Source: a bacterium
GTDB lineage: Bacteria > SZUA-182 > DTGQ01 > JAFGSM01
Direction of reading: 5' to 3'
DNA length: 64,000 bases
NCBI GenBank assembly: GCA_049472335.1
Contig: JBLIRO010000003.1
Location: 64,001 to 128,000 of the forward strand
Positions 28,016 to 38,785 of the stretch are shown one piece after another. A model generated the notes under the pieces. The model did no database searches, had not been told where the DNA came from, and was given only the letters and a program-made list of their open reading frames with translations. Position 1 is the first letter of the stretch, and every line of letters begins with the position of its first letter. Position numbers and translations under genes: made by a program.

Positions 28016-29419
28016 TTATTCAGGAAAAAAAACCTTCTCACACTTCCTTGGCGGGAGTCCCAGCCGCTTGAGGCCCACCTCTGCGACCTGGGCGATTGCG
28101 TCATACATCTGAGAAAACGGTGGATTGTACGAAAGCTCGGCATCGGAAATGTCATAAAGGGTCATGCCTCCATGAATGGCAAGCGCAAAGATATTGATTC
28201 TCCACGCAGCACCTTCCCTGCCCACGGCCTGTGCGCCTAAAAGCCTGCCATCCCTGGAATCGCAAATTACCCTCAGGTTTATCTGTGTTGCGTCAGGCAT
28301 ATAATGAGGTTTTGTTTCACGCATGGTGGATATTGCCCTGGCATCATATCCCAAACCTTTTGCCGCCTCCAGGGTATAACCGGTTGAGGCAATCTCCAGA
28401 TCTCCAATAACTGTAAGGAAGGTGTTAAGAGCGCCGGGATAAAATGTGTTCCCTCCGGCTGCGTTTATCCCTGCCGCCATCCCCTGCATGTAAGCAGCCG
28501 TTGCGAGCTGCATAGTTGTGGGTGTTCCGTCTATTCGTGAATAGGTTTGCACCAGATCTCCTACCGCGTAAACACCTTCAACGGTTGTCTCCATCCTGTT
28601 GTTTACAATCACAAAACCATTTTTTGTTTTTGCACCAGTCATCTCGGCCAGTTTCAAGTTCCCTCTCATCCCCACGGCCATAACGACTATGTCGCAATCG
28701 ATCTTTTCACCGGCTATCTCAACATATTCAACCTTTTGATCGCCATTTATACTGTCAATCCCTTTCCCAAAAAGGACACGTATCCCCAATCCTTCTAAAT
28801 GCTCGATTATTAGTTTACCCATAGCCGGGTCAAGATTTCTGGGAAAAGGATGCGGTGTCCTTTTTGTTACCGATACGTCAAGTCCCATTTTTTTCAATCC
28901 CGCCGCAACCTCGAGTCCCATGGCTCCGCCACCCACTACCAGGGCCATTTTTTTGCCGGACGATCTCGCGGCTTCAAAAAGTTCCCTGCTATTCTTCATA
29001 TCAGATACAAAATGTATCCCTTTTCCCAGAAATTCCTTTGCACCGGGGATCGGAAGATTGATCGGCGACGCTCCGGTGGCAAGTATCAGAGAATCATAAC
29101 TGATTTCCTTCTCCATTGATTTTGCAAGATCCAGAACCTTCAAAACCTTCTTCTCATGATCGACTGCTATCACTTCATGATAAAGCAGTTTAGTCAGTTT
29201 CTTGCTGAATTCCGGAACGTCATATCTTAAAGCATCAAAGTCCTTGATTAAACCTTCAATCACGAAGGGGAGGCCGCACGGGGAAAACTGGTCGAAATCC
29301 CTTTTCTCAATAATAGTTACATGGCATTTCCGGTTAAATTGCAGCGCGCTTTTTGATGCATAGAGTCCCCCTACACCAAGACCTACTATGACTATTTCCA
29401 AAAAATCCTTATCCGGCAT
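28016..29419 (-). CDS. FAD-dependent oxidoreductase, NADH oxidase/CoA-disulfide reductase family
   Basis: IVIVGLGVGG, single redox Cys FSPCGLP, VVGGGAMGLE, VYAVGD, YNPPF. ATG 29419 abuts the gcvPB stop. Confidence 0.88.
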   Translation of the reverse strand: MPDKDFLEIVIVGLGVGGLYASKSALQFNRKCHVTIIEKRDFDQFSPCGLPFVIEGLIKDFDALRYDVPEFSKKLTKLLYHEVIAVDHEKKVLKVLDLAKSMEKEISYDSLILATGASPINLPIPGAKEFLGKGIHFVSDMKNSRELFEAARSSGKKMALVVGGGAMGLEVAAGLKKMGLDVSVTKRTPHPFPRNLDPAMGKLIIEHLEGLGIRVLFGKGIDSINGDQKVEYVEIAGEKIDCDIVVMAVGMRGNLKLAEMTGAKTKNGFVIVNNRMETTVEGVYAVGDLVQTYSRIDGTPTTMQLATAAYMQGMAAGINAAGGNTFYPGALNTFLTVIGDLEIASTGYTLEAAKGLGYDARAISTMRETKPHYMPDATQINLRVICDSRDGRLLGAQAVGREGAAWRINIFALAIHGGMTLYDISDAELSYNPPFSQMYDAIAQVAEVGLKRLGLPPRKCEKVFFPE

Positions 29420-29420
29420 T

Positions 29421-30878
29421 TTATCCAGCGAGACACGGCTTTCTTGCTGCTGTAACTTCATCCAGCCTTTTTACCTTGCAGCTTTTAGGCGCATGATGAA
29501 GCAGATTGGGGGTCTCCCTTGCCTCATCCACTATGGACTTGAAGGCTTCGACAAAACGATCGATATCCTCTTTCGATTCTGTTTCAGTAGGCTCGACCAT
29601 AATGGCTCCATGAACCACCAGAGGGAAATAACAGGTGGGAGGGTGAAATCCATACTCCATAAGCCTCTTGGCCATATCCAAGGTCGTAATCTTATATGGC
29701 TCCTGATTTTTATCGGAAAACACGCATTCATGCATACAGGGTCTGTCATAGGGCAGATGCAATGTCTCCTTCAACTGTTCCTTGATATAATTTGCGTTTA
29801 ATACCGCGAGCTGACTGACTTTTTTCAGGTTTTTCGGTCCCATGCTTCGTATATAACTGTAAGCCTTGATCATTACTCCCACGTTTCCGAAAAATGCCTG
29901 TACTTTTCCTATAGATTGTGGATAATCAGAGGAAATGACATATCCGCCGTTTTCCTTTTTTACACGGGGAACTGGCAAAAATGGCTCCAGATGTTTTTTC
30001 ACGCAAACGGGCCCTGAGCCAGGTCCTCCTCCTCCATGGGGGGTAGAAAAGGTCTTATGCAGGTTTATATGCATCACGTCCACTCCGATGTGGCCCATCT
30101 TTGCAATACCCATCACAGCGTTCAAATTGGCGCCGTCACAATAGACCATCCCGCCTTTTGAGTGGATTATATCGGCTATTTCCCTTATGTTTTCCTCGAA
30201 AAGACCCAGGGTGTTGGGATTGGTAACCATGATCCCGGCAGTTTCTTCATCCATGACTTCTGTAATTGCCTCTACAGACAGAATTCCCTTTTCATTGGAA
30301 CTTACTGGTACCGGCTGGTAACCACAAAGTGTCACACTGGCAGGATTTGTGCCGTGTGCGGTATCAGGGACAATGATCTTGGAACGCTGCAAACCTTTGC
30401 TTTTGTGGTAAGCGTGAATCAGAAGCATTCCGGTGAGCTCTCCGTGGGCCCCGGCAGCAGGCTGGAGGGTTGTGGCTTCCATGCCCGCTATTTCTGAAAG
30501 ATAATTTTCAAGCTCAAACATCATCCTGAGAACGCCCTGGGAAAGATGGGCCGGAAGCAGAGGATGCGCCCCGATAAAACCGGGAAGCCCGGCCTGTCTC
30601 TCATTCGTCTTCGGGCTATACTTCATTGTGCAAGAACCCAGGGGATACATTCCGGTATCCACCCCGAAATTCCATTGGGAAAGCCTGGTATAATGACGCA
30701 CAACATCCACCTCGCTGAGGTCCGGAAATTCCGGGCCTTCACCTGTCATTTCAGCGGGCAGGGAAGAGGATCTAACGTCAGCCGCCGGAAGTGAGTATCC
30801 CCGCCTCCCCTTTTTCCCTTTTTCCCATAAAAGAGGTTCGTTTAGGATAAGACCCGTTGTGCCTACGCGTTCTTTCAT
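29421..30878 (-). CDS. gcvPB: Glycine dehydrogenase subunit 2
   Basis: YPLGSCTMKY, LHKTFSTPHGGGGPG. ATGA overlap with gcvPA gives start 30878. Confidence 0.97.
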   Translation of the reverse strand: MKERVGTTGLILNEPLLWEKGKKGRRGYSLPAADVRSSSLPAEMTGEGPEFPDLSEVDVVRHYTRLSQWNFGVDTGMYPLGSCTMKYSPKTNERQAGLPGFIGAHPLLPAHLSQGVLRMMFELENYLSEIAGMEATTLQPAAGAHGELTGMLLIHAYHKSKGLQRSKIIVPDTAHGTNPASVTLCGYQPVPVSSNEKGILSVEAITEVMDEETAGIMVTNPNTLGLFEENIREIADIIHSKGGMVYCDGANLNAVMGIAKMGHIGVDVMHINLHKTFSTPHGGGGPGSGPVCVKKHLEPFLPVPRVKKENGGYVISSDYPQSIGKVQAFFGNVGVMIKAYSYIRSMGPKNLKKVSQLAVLNANYIKEQLKETLHLPYDRPCMHECVFSDKNQEPYKITTLDMAKRLMEYGFHPPTCYFPLVVHGAIMVEPTETESKEDIDRFVEAFKSIVDEARETPNLLHHAPKSCKVKRLDEVTAARKPCLAG

Positions 30879-32206
30879 GATCTCACCTCCCTGATGAGTG
30901 CATCCATGTCCTCCCTGGACTTGGTTTCTGTGACACAAAAAAGGTAGTGATTTTCAAGCCCGGGATAGTAAGGGGCAAGATGAAGACCTGCTATTATCTT
31001 CCTTTTGAGAAGATCGTTGTGAACTGTCTCAAAGCCATCGGGACATTTCATAACGAATTCATTGAATGTAGGGGTTTTAAAAGTTAAAGCAAAGCCGGCA
31101 CTTTCCAATCCGGATTTAAGATATTCAGCCTTGTCATGATTAAGGCGGGCCAGATCCCTCATTCCCGTTCCTCCCAAAGATGCCATATATATGGCGGCTA
31201 TCAATGCGCAGAGGCTATTATTCGTACAGATGTTGGAAGTCGCCCTTTCCCTTCGAATATGCTGCTCCCTGGTTGCAAGGGTCAGGACAAAACCCCTTCT
31301 TCCATCCAGGTCCTTAGTCTGCCCAACCAGGCGGCCGGGCAGGTTGCGCATATATTTTGTAGTAGTTGCCAGCATTCCCAGGCCCGGTCCTCCGAAGCAT
31401 CCCGGAATGCCAAGGCTCTGCCCTTCCCCGCAAACAATATCCGCTCCCTGGCTTCCCGGGCTTTTCAAAAGACCGAATGCGAGGGCCTCTGTAAAGGAGG
31501 CAACTAAAAGGGCATTTTTTCCATGAACTATTTCTCCGGCAGCACGAAGATTCTCGATGCACCCGAAAAAATTGGGTGATTGAATGGCTACCGCGGCAAG
31601 ATCATCCATTTGATCCAGTTTTTCAAGATCAGTAACACCGCTTTCAAGATACGGAAGCTCTATGATTTCAAATCCGGTGGGCTCAAAATAGGTCCTGGCA
31701 ACCTGTCTGTAATGAGGATGAATCAGACTTGAAACAGCCACTTTTTTTCTTTTAGTAATACGAATAGCCATCAGCAGGGATTCTGCCAGTGAAGTGGCGC
31801 CATCATAATGAGAAGCCGTTGCCACTTCCATGCCGAGGAGTTGTGCCGTAAGTGTCTGATATTCATAAATGGCCTGAAGTGTCCCCTGGCTCATTTCCGG
31901 CTGATAGGGGGTATAAGAAGTGACGAACTCTGAGCGGGACGAAAGATATGTAACCGACGCAGGGATAAAATGTTCATAAGAGCCCGCCCCCATAAAGACT
32001 TTGTATTCAGGAGAAACAGCCATAGTACAGGAAAGGGCCTCCATATGTTTATTAAGCTCCCACTCCGTCATTGGCTGAGGCAGATCGAGATCACCTTTCA
32101 TCCGGCATCCGTCCGGTATTGTCAGGAAAAGCTCATCAAGGCTTTTCAGCCCAACAGCCTTTAACATTTCAGCAATATCTTCATTCGTATGAGGCAGATA
32201 AAGCAT
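30875..32206 (-). CDS. gcvPA: Glycine dehydrogenase subunit 1
   Basis: YTPYQPEMSQG, TREQHIRRERATSNICTN. Confidence 0.97.
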   Translation of the reverse strand: MLYLPHTNEDIAEMLKAVGLKSLDELFLTIPDGCRMKGDLDLPQPMTEWELNKHMEALSCTMAVSPEYKVFMGAGSYEHFIPASVTYLSSRSEFVTSYTPYQPEMSQGTLQAIYEYQTLTAQLLGMEVATASHYDGATSLAESLLMAIRITKRKKVAVSSLIHPHYRQVARTYFEPTGFEIIELPYLESGVTDLEKLDQMDDLAAVAIQSPNFFGCIENLRAAGEIVHGKNALLVASFTEALAFGLLKSPGSQGADIVCGEGQSLGIPGCFGGPGLGMLATTTKYMRNLPGRLVGQTKDLDGRRGFVLTLATREQHIRRERATSNICTNNSLCALIAAIYMASLGGTGMRDLARLNHDKAEYLKSGLESAGFALTFKTPTFNEFVMKCPDGFETVHNDLLKRKIIAGLHLAPYYPGLENHYLFCVTETKSREDMDALIREVRS

Positions 32207-32611
32207 TTACTCTTTTCCTTTCAGTTTTTCAATACAGGCATTGCTGGTCATAAGATGCTCCATTTCAGACAGATCATCGGGTTTGACCAGAACAAACCAT
32301 CCATCTTCATAAGGACTCTGGTTTACAAGCTGGGGTGATTCCTCAAGCTCAGTATTCACTTCGACAATCTCACCGCTGACCGGTATATAACACTCAGCGG
32401 ATGCCTTAACGGAATCCACGGTAGCGAATTCTTCTCCCTTTTTAAATGTCGCCCCGATTTCCGGCAGTCCCACGAAAACGATATCCCCCAACTGATCCTG
32501 TGCGTAATCATCAAGTCCGACTCTTATTACATCACCTTCCAGCCTTGCCCATTCATGGTCTTCAGCATAACGAATATCATCGGGCATATTAAGCTCATTA
32601 ATTGATTTCAT
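32207..32611 (-). CDS. gcvH: Glycine cleavage system H protein
   Basis: HEWA, AQDQLGDIV, lipoyl-Lys VDSVKA, PYEDGW. Confidence 0.97.
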   Translation of the reverse strand: MKSINELNMPDDIRYAEDHEWARLEGDVIRVGLDDYAQDQLGDIVFVGLPEIGATFKKGEEFATVDSVKASAECYIPVSGEIVEVNTELEESPQLVNQSPYEDGWFVLVKPDDLSEMEHLMTSNACIEKLKGKE

Positions 32612-32626
32612 GATCCTTCCCCTCTC

Positions 32627-32820
32627 TTAAATACAGCTTCCTAATGTCACCTTTAACCTTTTAAGTTTCTCAAGACCCTCCAAATAACAGAGAATTGCTT
32701 CTTTAATGTTTTCTAATGCCTCTTACTCATTACTACCCTGTGAAAACAACCTTTCAGTGCAGGTACAGAGATAATGAATCCTCCTTCTTCGGCAGGTTCC
32801 AATACGACATTAAATACTAG
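32627..32820 (-). pseudogene. hicB: HicB-family antitoxin pseudogene
   Basis: Manual translation VFNVVLEPAEEGGFIISVPALKGCF/[S]QGSNE*EALENIKEAILCYLE shows a 1-nt frameshift and an in-frame TAA. No start codon follows the AGGAG RBS. Confidence 0.85.
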
Positions 32821-32969
32821 TGCTAAACTCCTGATTTGAAGAATTGTATGTACTTATAGAACAAGCAAAAATTATACGTTAGATATCATTGAAAATCAAA
32901 TATTATTCTTCTCTGAAAGACAGATTTGGAGATTGACAAAACTTTAATGAATAAAACTATACGGCCTTC

Positions 32970-33015
32970 ATTAAAAAAATACCCGGCCTTCTACAAGGCC
33001 GGGTATTTTTTTAAT
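32970..33015. terminator. Intrinsic terminator (bidirectional architecture)
   Basis: ATTAAAAAAATACCCGGCCTT-CTAC-AAGGCCGGGTATTTTTTTAAT perfect inverted repeat just downstream of the 33041 ORF. Confidence 0.9.
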
Positions 33016-33040
33016 ATTAGAATAACTAAAATAAAAATAT

Positions 33041-33991
33041 TTAGTTTGGATAAAACCGAACCTGAAGCAATTTCACACCGTTATTATCAACATTCCATAA
33101 ATAGGTAACAAAGTCACCAATGTTGAATACCCATTCATCAATATATTCATTGCAATATGCAAGCGTGTAAGTATAGCCTTCAGGGCACATTGGTATTCCG
33201 GTGTTAGGATCCAAAACGGCATCAATGCACTCATCAAAGATTCCATCCGGGGGGTACGTTAAGTCAATACAACATAAATCCCTTATAGTCTGATATGTCT
33301 CCGGTTCGTTTAAATAGCAGACATCCCCGCTCCATAGAAAAAGTCCAGTAATATTAATAGCTTGGGATTTGCCTGTTTTACGTATAAAGTTTACATATGG
33401 TGTCTCAAATCCTCTATCCGTAACCAACCCCAGATAAACGAGATCATTCCCATCTTCATCCTCAACTGCTATCAGCTCAGGGGTTATACTAATATTGGGA
33501 TCATTGGTTGGTTTTGCAAGGGCTCTGGCATATACCCTATAACCAGCCTCGTTCTTGGGCAATTGAAGGACAGCGCCGTCACCGTCAAACTCGGCACACG
33601 GATCAGTCACCTGCAGCTCAGGAATTACTTCAGCCTTCTTGCCTTTTCCGGACTCCATATAGATCTCAATTCCCTGTCCATTCTCGGGCACAAAAATGAC
33701 ATTGCCATAAATGGGGATTTCCGTTTCCTCACAAATATCATATTCATTACAACTTTCCACAAGATCACCTATTTGATGAGCCCCACATCCGCAATAGGTG
33801 ACTCTCAAGTAGTACTTTTGGGCCGGACAGTTAAAATTTGGCTTCTTGCCAATTATATTCAGGTTATAATGAGGGCCACTAGGAAATCCATTGGGATTTA
33901 CTTCTTCACCAGGTTTTACTGCCATAGAAATGCTTGCCAAAACTAATAAGACAAGTACTATCATTGCACTTACTTCAAATATCCTTTTCAC
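33041..33991 (-). CDS. Secreted Cys-rich hypothetical protein
   Basis: AGGAG RBS with GTG start, signal peptide (SMA-V), NGFPSGPHYNLNIIGK, multiple Cys. Confidence 0.8.
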   Translation of the reverse strand: MKRIFEVSAMIVLVLLVLASISMAVKPGEEVNPNGFPSGPHYNLNIIGKKPNFNCPAQKYYLRVTYCGCGAHQIGDLVESCNEYDICEETEIPIYGNVIFVPENGQGIEIYMESGKGKKAEVIPELQVTDPCAEFDGDGAVLQLPKNEAGYRVYARALAKPTNDPNISITPELIAVEDEDGNDLVYLGLVTDRGFETPYVNFIRKTGKSQAINITGLFLWSGDVCYLNEPETYQTIRDLCCIDLTYPPDGIFDECIDAVLDPNTGIPMCPEGYTYTLAYCNEYIDEWVFNIGDFVTYLWNVDNNGVKLLQVRFYPN

Positions 33992-34835
33992 TGCTTACTC
34001 CTCTTTATGGTGTGTCACTAAAGTTTAACTCTTCATCGAAAAACATATATTTCATATTAATAACAATGCATTTGGTTTTTCTGCTTATAAAAAGAGATCT
34101 TTCGACACCATCCATCTTGATGAATTTCTTTTTAAAGTCAGTATGATATCTTGATAGAGCAATTATTATATATTTATCACCTTCTTTTTAATATTTTTTT
34201 GCCATTTATTGATGGCTTTAAACAATAAAATTTTAAACAATCAACTTTCATCACCTCCTCAAAATTGACTATCAAAAAAAAATTCAATAAAGTTAAATAT
34301 AAAATAAAAACAAAAGTGTCAGGATAATATAAAAAAGGTGTGAAAATTAGAATGTAAAAACAAATACTTATAAATATTATCAATTTTTAATTTTTTTTTC
34401 AAGAAACAAGCATCCCAAAATCTGCTATCGATTTATCGAAGCCTATATTTTTTTTGATTCAAACTCCAAAAAATTGAGTTTGAAAAAAATTTAAAATTCA
34501 AAAAAAATGCCAAAAGATATAGATCTTGATAATGTGTTGAAATTAATTATTATTTTAATAAGAAAATTTTTTTTTTGCTTATTTTAAATATTTTTTGTAT
34601 TAATTTTACTACATTAAGCATCAATGAAAGGAATTTAAGATTATAATAAATTTTTAAAAAAATAATATAAACATTGAATTATTTCATAAAATTAGCTTTG
34701 TATGGTTTTTCCTTCTTTTTTTGTAATTTTCCCTGCAAAGCAGAAAATATATGTTCTTTCAAAAATATTCTTAACTTGCCGGAATCCAGAAATCAGGAAT
34801 TATTATTGTTTCTATTTAGCATTAAATTAATTCTA

Positions 34836-35924
34836 TTAAGATGGCATACAATCAATCCGTGATCCTGCAAATTTATGGATTTCAGATCCCAAATGATCAA
34901 GAGAAACCATCCTGTCCACGCAACCGGTAAGATATGCCGCCTTTGGCATACCGAACACCACACAGGTTTCCTCATTCTGGGCAAGTATGGTGCCGCCCTT
35001 CTGTTTTATGGCCTTAACTCCTTCGGAACCATCATGGCCCATTCCGGTCATTATAATTCCCAATATCTTTCCTTCCCAGGTATCCGCAATGGATTTCATC
35101 ATTACGTCAACTGAAGGACGGTGAGGATAATCAAAAGGATCTTTGCTAATGACAGTACGATACTTATCCCTGGAACGTCGAAGCTTTAGATGATATCCAC
35201 CCGGGGCTATATAAATATTTCCCGGAAGGATGATATCACCTTCCTCAGCTTCCTTAACCGTCATTGAACATTGTCGATTCATTCGTTCAGCCAGAGAGTG
35301 TGTAAAACCTACCGGCATGTGCTGGACCACCAGGATAGCCCCAGGATAGTCCCCGGGGATTGAAGACAGGACCCTGTCCAGCGACATGGGCCCCCCCGTG
35401 GATGTGCCTATGGCAACTATATGTGAAGGATTCTCATCCTTCGCCTTAACATCTGATGTATTCGGGCTAAAAATAACAGCTTTGGCAGAAGGCTTCGATT
35501 CAACGACCTTTTTCAGGTCAACTCCGGCTATTACCTTTACCTTTTGAACAAGTGAATCTCCGATATCCAGTATATCCATGGTAGTGCCACATGAGGATTT
35601 ATCTATAAAGTCAACAGCACCCATCTCCAAGGCCCGGAGTGTGATTTCTCCACCCTCGCTGGTCAGTGAGCTTACCATGAGCACCGGAGTCGGATTTTCG
35701 ATCATAATCCGTTCAAGGGCCGCTAAACCATCCATATCAGGCATCTTGACATCTAGTGTTACTACATCGGGGTTAAGTTTTTTTAACAGTTCCAGGGCTT
35801 CCATTCCATCCCTTGCCTCTCCCAGCACCTCTATCATGGGGTCCGAACCAAGCATTCGCTTCATGGCCTTTCGAATGAAAGCCGAATCATCAACGATTAA
35901 TACTGATACCTTTTTCATAGGCAT
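34836..35924 (-). CDS. cheB: Chemotaxis response regulator methylesterase
   Basis: Receiver (VDDS, LDVKMP) plus STGGP, QHMP, TGMGHDG. Confidence 0.97.
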   Translation of the reverse strand: MPMKKVSVLIVDDSAFIRKAMKRMLGSDPMIEVLGEARDGMEALELLKKLNPDVVTLDVKMPDMDGLAALERIMIENPTPVLMVSSLTSEGGEITLRALEMGAVDFIDKSSCGTTMDILDIGDSLVQKVKVIAGVDLKKVVESKPSAKAVIFSPNTSDVKAKDENPSHIVAIGTSTGGPMSLDRVLSSIPGDYPGAILVVQHMPVGFTHSLAERMNRQCSMTVKEAEEGDIILPGNIYIAPGGYHLKLRRSRDKYRTVISKDPFDYPHRPSVDVMMKSIADTWEGKILGIIMTGMGHDGSEGVKAIKQKGGTILAQNEETCVVFGMPKAAYLTGCVDRMVSLDHLGSEIHKFAGSRIDCMPS

Positions 35925-35927
35925 ATG

Positions 35928-36767
35928 CTATTGTTCTCTTTTCTTATATATAATAGTCCCGGGAAATCGCCTTGTTTCAAATCCGTCAAAGACTCCTGAC
36001 AGATTTTCCGAATGGCCGAGCATAAGATAGGCGCCTGGCCGAAGCGCCATATGAAAATTCTTTATCGCGGTTTTCAATTTTTCGTCTGAGAAATAAATAA
36101 GAACATTCCTGCAAAATATTGCATCAATGTCACCTATAGTAATCTGGTCCGTAATATTGCCTGAGACAAATGAAGTCATTCTCTTTATGCTGTCTTTAAC
36201 AATAAAATCACCTGAATTTGATGTAAAAAATCTTCTTCTATATTCCGGATCCGTCAATCTGAACGAGCGTTCATAATATATTCCTTCCCTTGCGGCTTTA
36301 ATGGCTCTTTCATTAACATCCATACCTATGATTCCCACATCCCAGCCCCAGAAAAAAATGCCACTGTCAAAAATCATTATGGCCAGAGTATATACTTCCT
36401 CACCTGTGGAACATCCTGCGGATAATATTCTTATGTTTTTTTCGTTCCTGGTCATCTTTTCCTTTCTCAGCTCAGGAAGCAAAAAATCCCTAAAAACGTT
36501 TAATTGTGGCAATTCTCTGAAGAAGTATGTTTCTGTGTTCGTCAATAATGAAATCATTCTTCTGGATTCTTTTTCACTTTCCGGACCATATTTTAAAAAT
36601 TGAATATATTCGCTGAACGACTTTAATCCAAGGCTTATAAACCTTGGATTAAGTTTCATTTTGATAAAGGAGCGCTTTTCATCTTTGAAATATATACCAT
36701 ATTTATCATGGATAAAATCCTGGATAATCCGAAAATCTTCTTCGGTTAGATCGAAAGGGGCAATCAA
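35928..36767 (-). CDS. cheR: Chemotaxis methyltransferase
   Basis: ETYFFRE, SAGCSTGEE, IFCRNVLIYF, LGHSE. Confidence 0.96.
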   Translation of the reverse strand: MIAPFDLTEEDFRIIQDFIHDKYGIYFKDEKRSFIKMKLNPRFISLGLKSFSEYIQFLKYGPESEKESRRMISLLTNTETYFFRELPQLNVFRDFLLPELRKEKMTRNEKNIRILSAGCSTGEEVYTLAIMIFDSGIFFWGWDVGIIGMDVNERAIKAAREGIYYERSFRLTDPEYRRRFFTSNSGDFIVKDSIKRMTSFVSGNITDQITIGDIDAIFCRNVLIYFSDEKLKTAIKNFHMALRPGAYLMLGHSENLSGVFDGFETRRFPGTIIYKKREQ

Positions 36768-38785
36768 TTCGTAGTCTCAAATTTTTTCAGGGCAACACAG
36801 GCTTCCTTCCTGACCTCTTCGTTTGGATCTTCTTTCCAGGCCCTATTTAGAATAGAAGCCGCTTTTTTGTCTTTCAATTTTCCCAGCACCTTTACCGCAA
36901 GCAGGCGGACTTCGAAAAATTCCTCCTCATCAATAATTTTTTCCAATAAATCAAGAAGATAAGACTCATCAACATTGCATAGTAAATTAATGAGAAGACA
37001 TTTTATCCGCGCATTGGACAATTCAAAAAAGTCGTAGAAAAAATTGAAATCAGGAATGCCCAGTTTTTCAATGGTCTTGAGCACTTCATTTTGAAGATTC
37101 TCATCAAGAGTCAACGGTAAAAGCAAATTGACCATATCCTTACATAAAGTATCGCCTATCTTCCCCAAAATCTCTAATGTAGCAAGCTTGACAGCCTGAT
37201 CAGGGTTTTTGAGCATCAAGAGGAGGGTATCCTTCAGGTCTTCTCCCGCCCCGTCTTTAATACATCCGGCAACTGCCTGCCTTATTTTATAATTTTTTTC
37301 CCTAATTCCCTTAGTAAGGACTTCCTGAAGAAACTGATCAGCCCTGATCGCGCTTAGGGATTTATATGCCAGGGACCCTATTTCGTCATTTTTATCATTA
37401 ACAAGGGCCTGCAATGATTCACAGGCTTGTAAACTCTTTGCACGACCCAATATCCGGATGGACAAGGATTTTTTTAAATTATCCTCAGAGTTTAATTCAT
37501 GGATAAGTTTAGTAATCAGGCGTTTTGAAGACAACTTTCCCAGGATCTCAACCAACGCTTCCTGAATGTCGGGATCCGGGTCGGATAGAAGTCCCAGCAG
37601 GGCATCTTCAACTTCCTTCATATCCAGATTATTGGATATGGCCATCATGGCATGATATCTTACTTCACTGTTTTTGCTTTCTAATAAGGGAATACAGGCA
37701 GCAACTCCTTCAATGTCGCCTATCCAGTAGATGCATTGAATCAGCGATATCTGGATCTTAGGATCAGAATTTTGAAGCTTATTTATCAACTCCGGTAAGG
37801 CCTTGACCCCTATCGACACTAAGGAACCTACTACATATTCTTCCAAATCATAATCATCTATGAGGTCTAACAGATCTTCAACCGCCTTTTTTTCTTTAAG
37901 CCACCCGAGTGCTATTATTGCGTTCTTTTTTACTTCGTGATCCTTGTCCTTCAATGAATCTAGCAAATGATTTATCAGCTCGTCATTATTCAATACATTT
38001 TTGATACTCGGAAGGCATGCACCATCCGGTTTAGCCATACGCTGAATATTCACCAAAGAGGCAATCATATCATTTCGTAATGAAGGATCATTATTGTGAA
38101 AAAGCATATCTGACATAACAGGAATTACTGACACATCACCGATATTTCCCAGAGCTTCTATTACCGCATCTCTTAGCTTTTCATCATTGAGCAGTTTTAT
38201 TAGATGTTTGATCGCTGAACGGTCGCCTATATTACCCAATGCCATTATAGCCGGATATTGTATCCAATAATCCTGTGACAGGCAATTAATAAGAGGTTCC
38301 ACCGCCCTTATATCCCCTATCTTGCCCAGGCTTTCTATAGATGCATGCCTGACGTTTTCATTGGAATCCGTGAGCGCTTCTATCAGATCATCTACAGCCA
38401 TAGGATCCTTAATCTCTCCTAATATGCTTGCGCTAAAAATCCTTACGTCTTGATCCTGATCCTTAAGCAGTCTGAGCAAAAAAGACGTGGCTTTATTGCC
38501 GAAACGGGGGAAGGCTTCCATGGCTGCGGTACGAAGACTTGCATTTTCCTGATTCCGCAACAAATCCTCCAGTCTGGGAAATATTACTTCATGCGAAAAG
38601 GCGCAGATGCCGTTTAAGGCTTCTTCACGGATTCGATTACTTGTATCACCAAATGCCTGTATCAAAAGAGGAACAACCTCCACCGAATCAATCCTTGCCA
38701 ACTCCTTAACCATTGAATAACGTGTCTGCTCAGAATCGGCAGATAATTTGTCTACAGCGGTCCTTAATAATGTTTGATCATTCAT
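36764..38785 (-). CDS. HEAT-repeat protein
   Basis: Repeated VR..A..ALG.IGD..AV..L units. Start reassigned to ATG 38785 (MNDQ), which overlaps the upstream cheR stop. Confidence 0.9.
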   Translation of the reverse strand: MNDQTLLRTAVDKLSADSEQTRYSMVKELARIDSVEVVPLLIQAFGDTSNRIREEALNGICAFSHEVIFPRLEDLLRNQENASLRTAAMEAFPRFGNKATSFLLRLLKDQDQDVRIFSASILGEIKDPMAVDDLIEALTDSNENVRHASIESLGKIGDIRAVEPLINCLSQDYWIQYPAIMALGNIGDRSAIKHLIKLLNDEKLRDAVIEALGNIGDVSVIPVMSDMLFHNNDPSLRNDMIASLVNIQRMAKPDGACLPSIKNVLNNDELINHLLDSLKDKDHEVKKNAIIALGWLKEKKAVEDLLDLIDDYDLEEYVVGSLVSIGVKALPELINKLQNSDPKIQISLIQCIYWIGDIEGVAACIPLLESKNSEVRYHAMMAISNNLDMKEVEDALLGLLSDPDPDIQEALVEILGKLSSKRLITKLIHELNSEDNLKKSLSIRILGRAKSLQACESLQALVNDKNDEIGSLAYKSLSAIRADQFLQEVLTKGIREKNYKIRQAVAGCIKDGAGEDLKDTLLLMLKNPDQAVKLATLEILGKIGDTLCKDMVNLLLPLTLDENLQNEVLKTIEKLGIPDFNFFYDFFELSNARIKCLLINLLCNVDESYLLDLLEKIIDEEEFFEVRLLAVKVLGKLKDKKAASILNRAWKEDPNEEVRKEACVALKKFETTN

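Noticed and set aside
32612..32960. Glycine riboswitch upstream of gcvH (also sought upstream of gcvT)
   Set aside because: No recognisable aptamer. The space holds a hicB remnant, and the gcvT upstream region is AT-rich promoter sequence.
34140..34830. Very AT-rich ~700-bp gap as origin or mobile-element end (9-bp inverted repeat at 34458-34484)
   Set aside because: No DnaA-box cluster, transposase or target duplication seen. Similar AT-rich gaps occur throughout the window.
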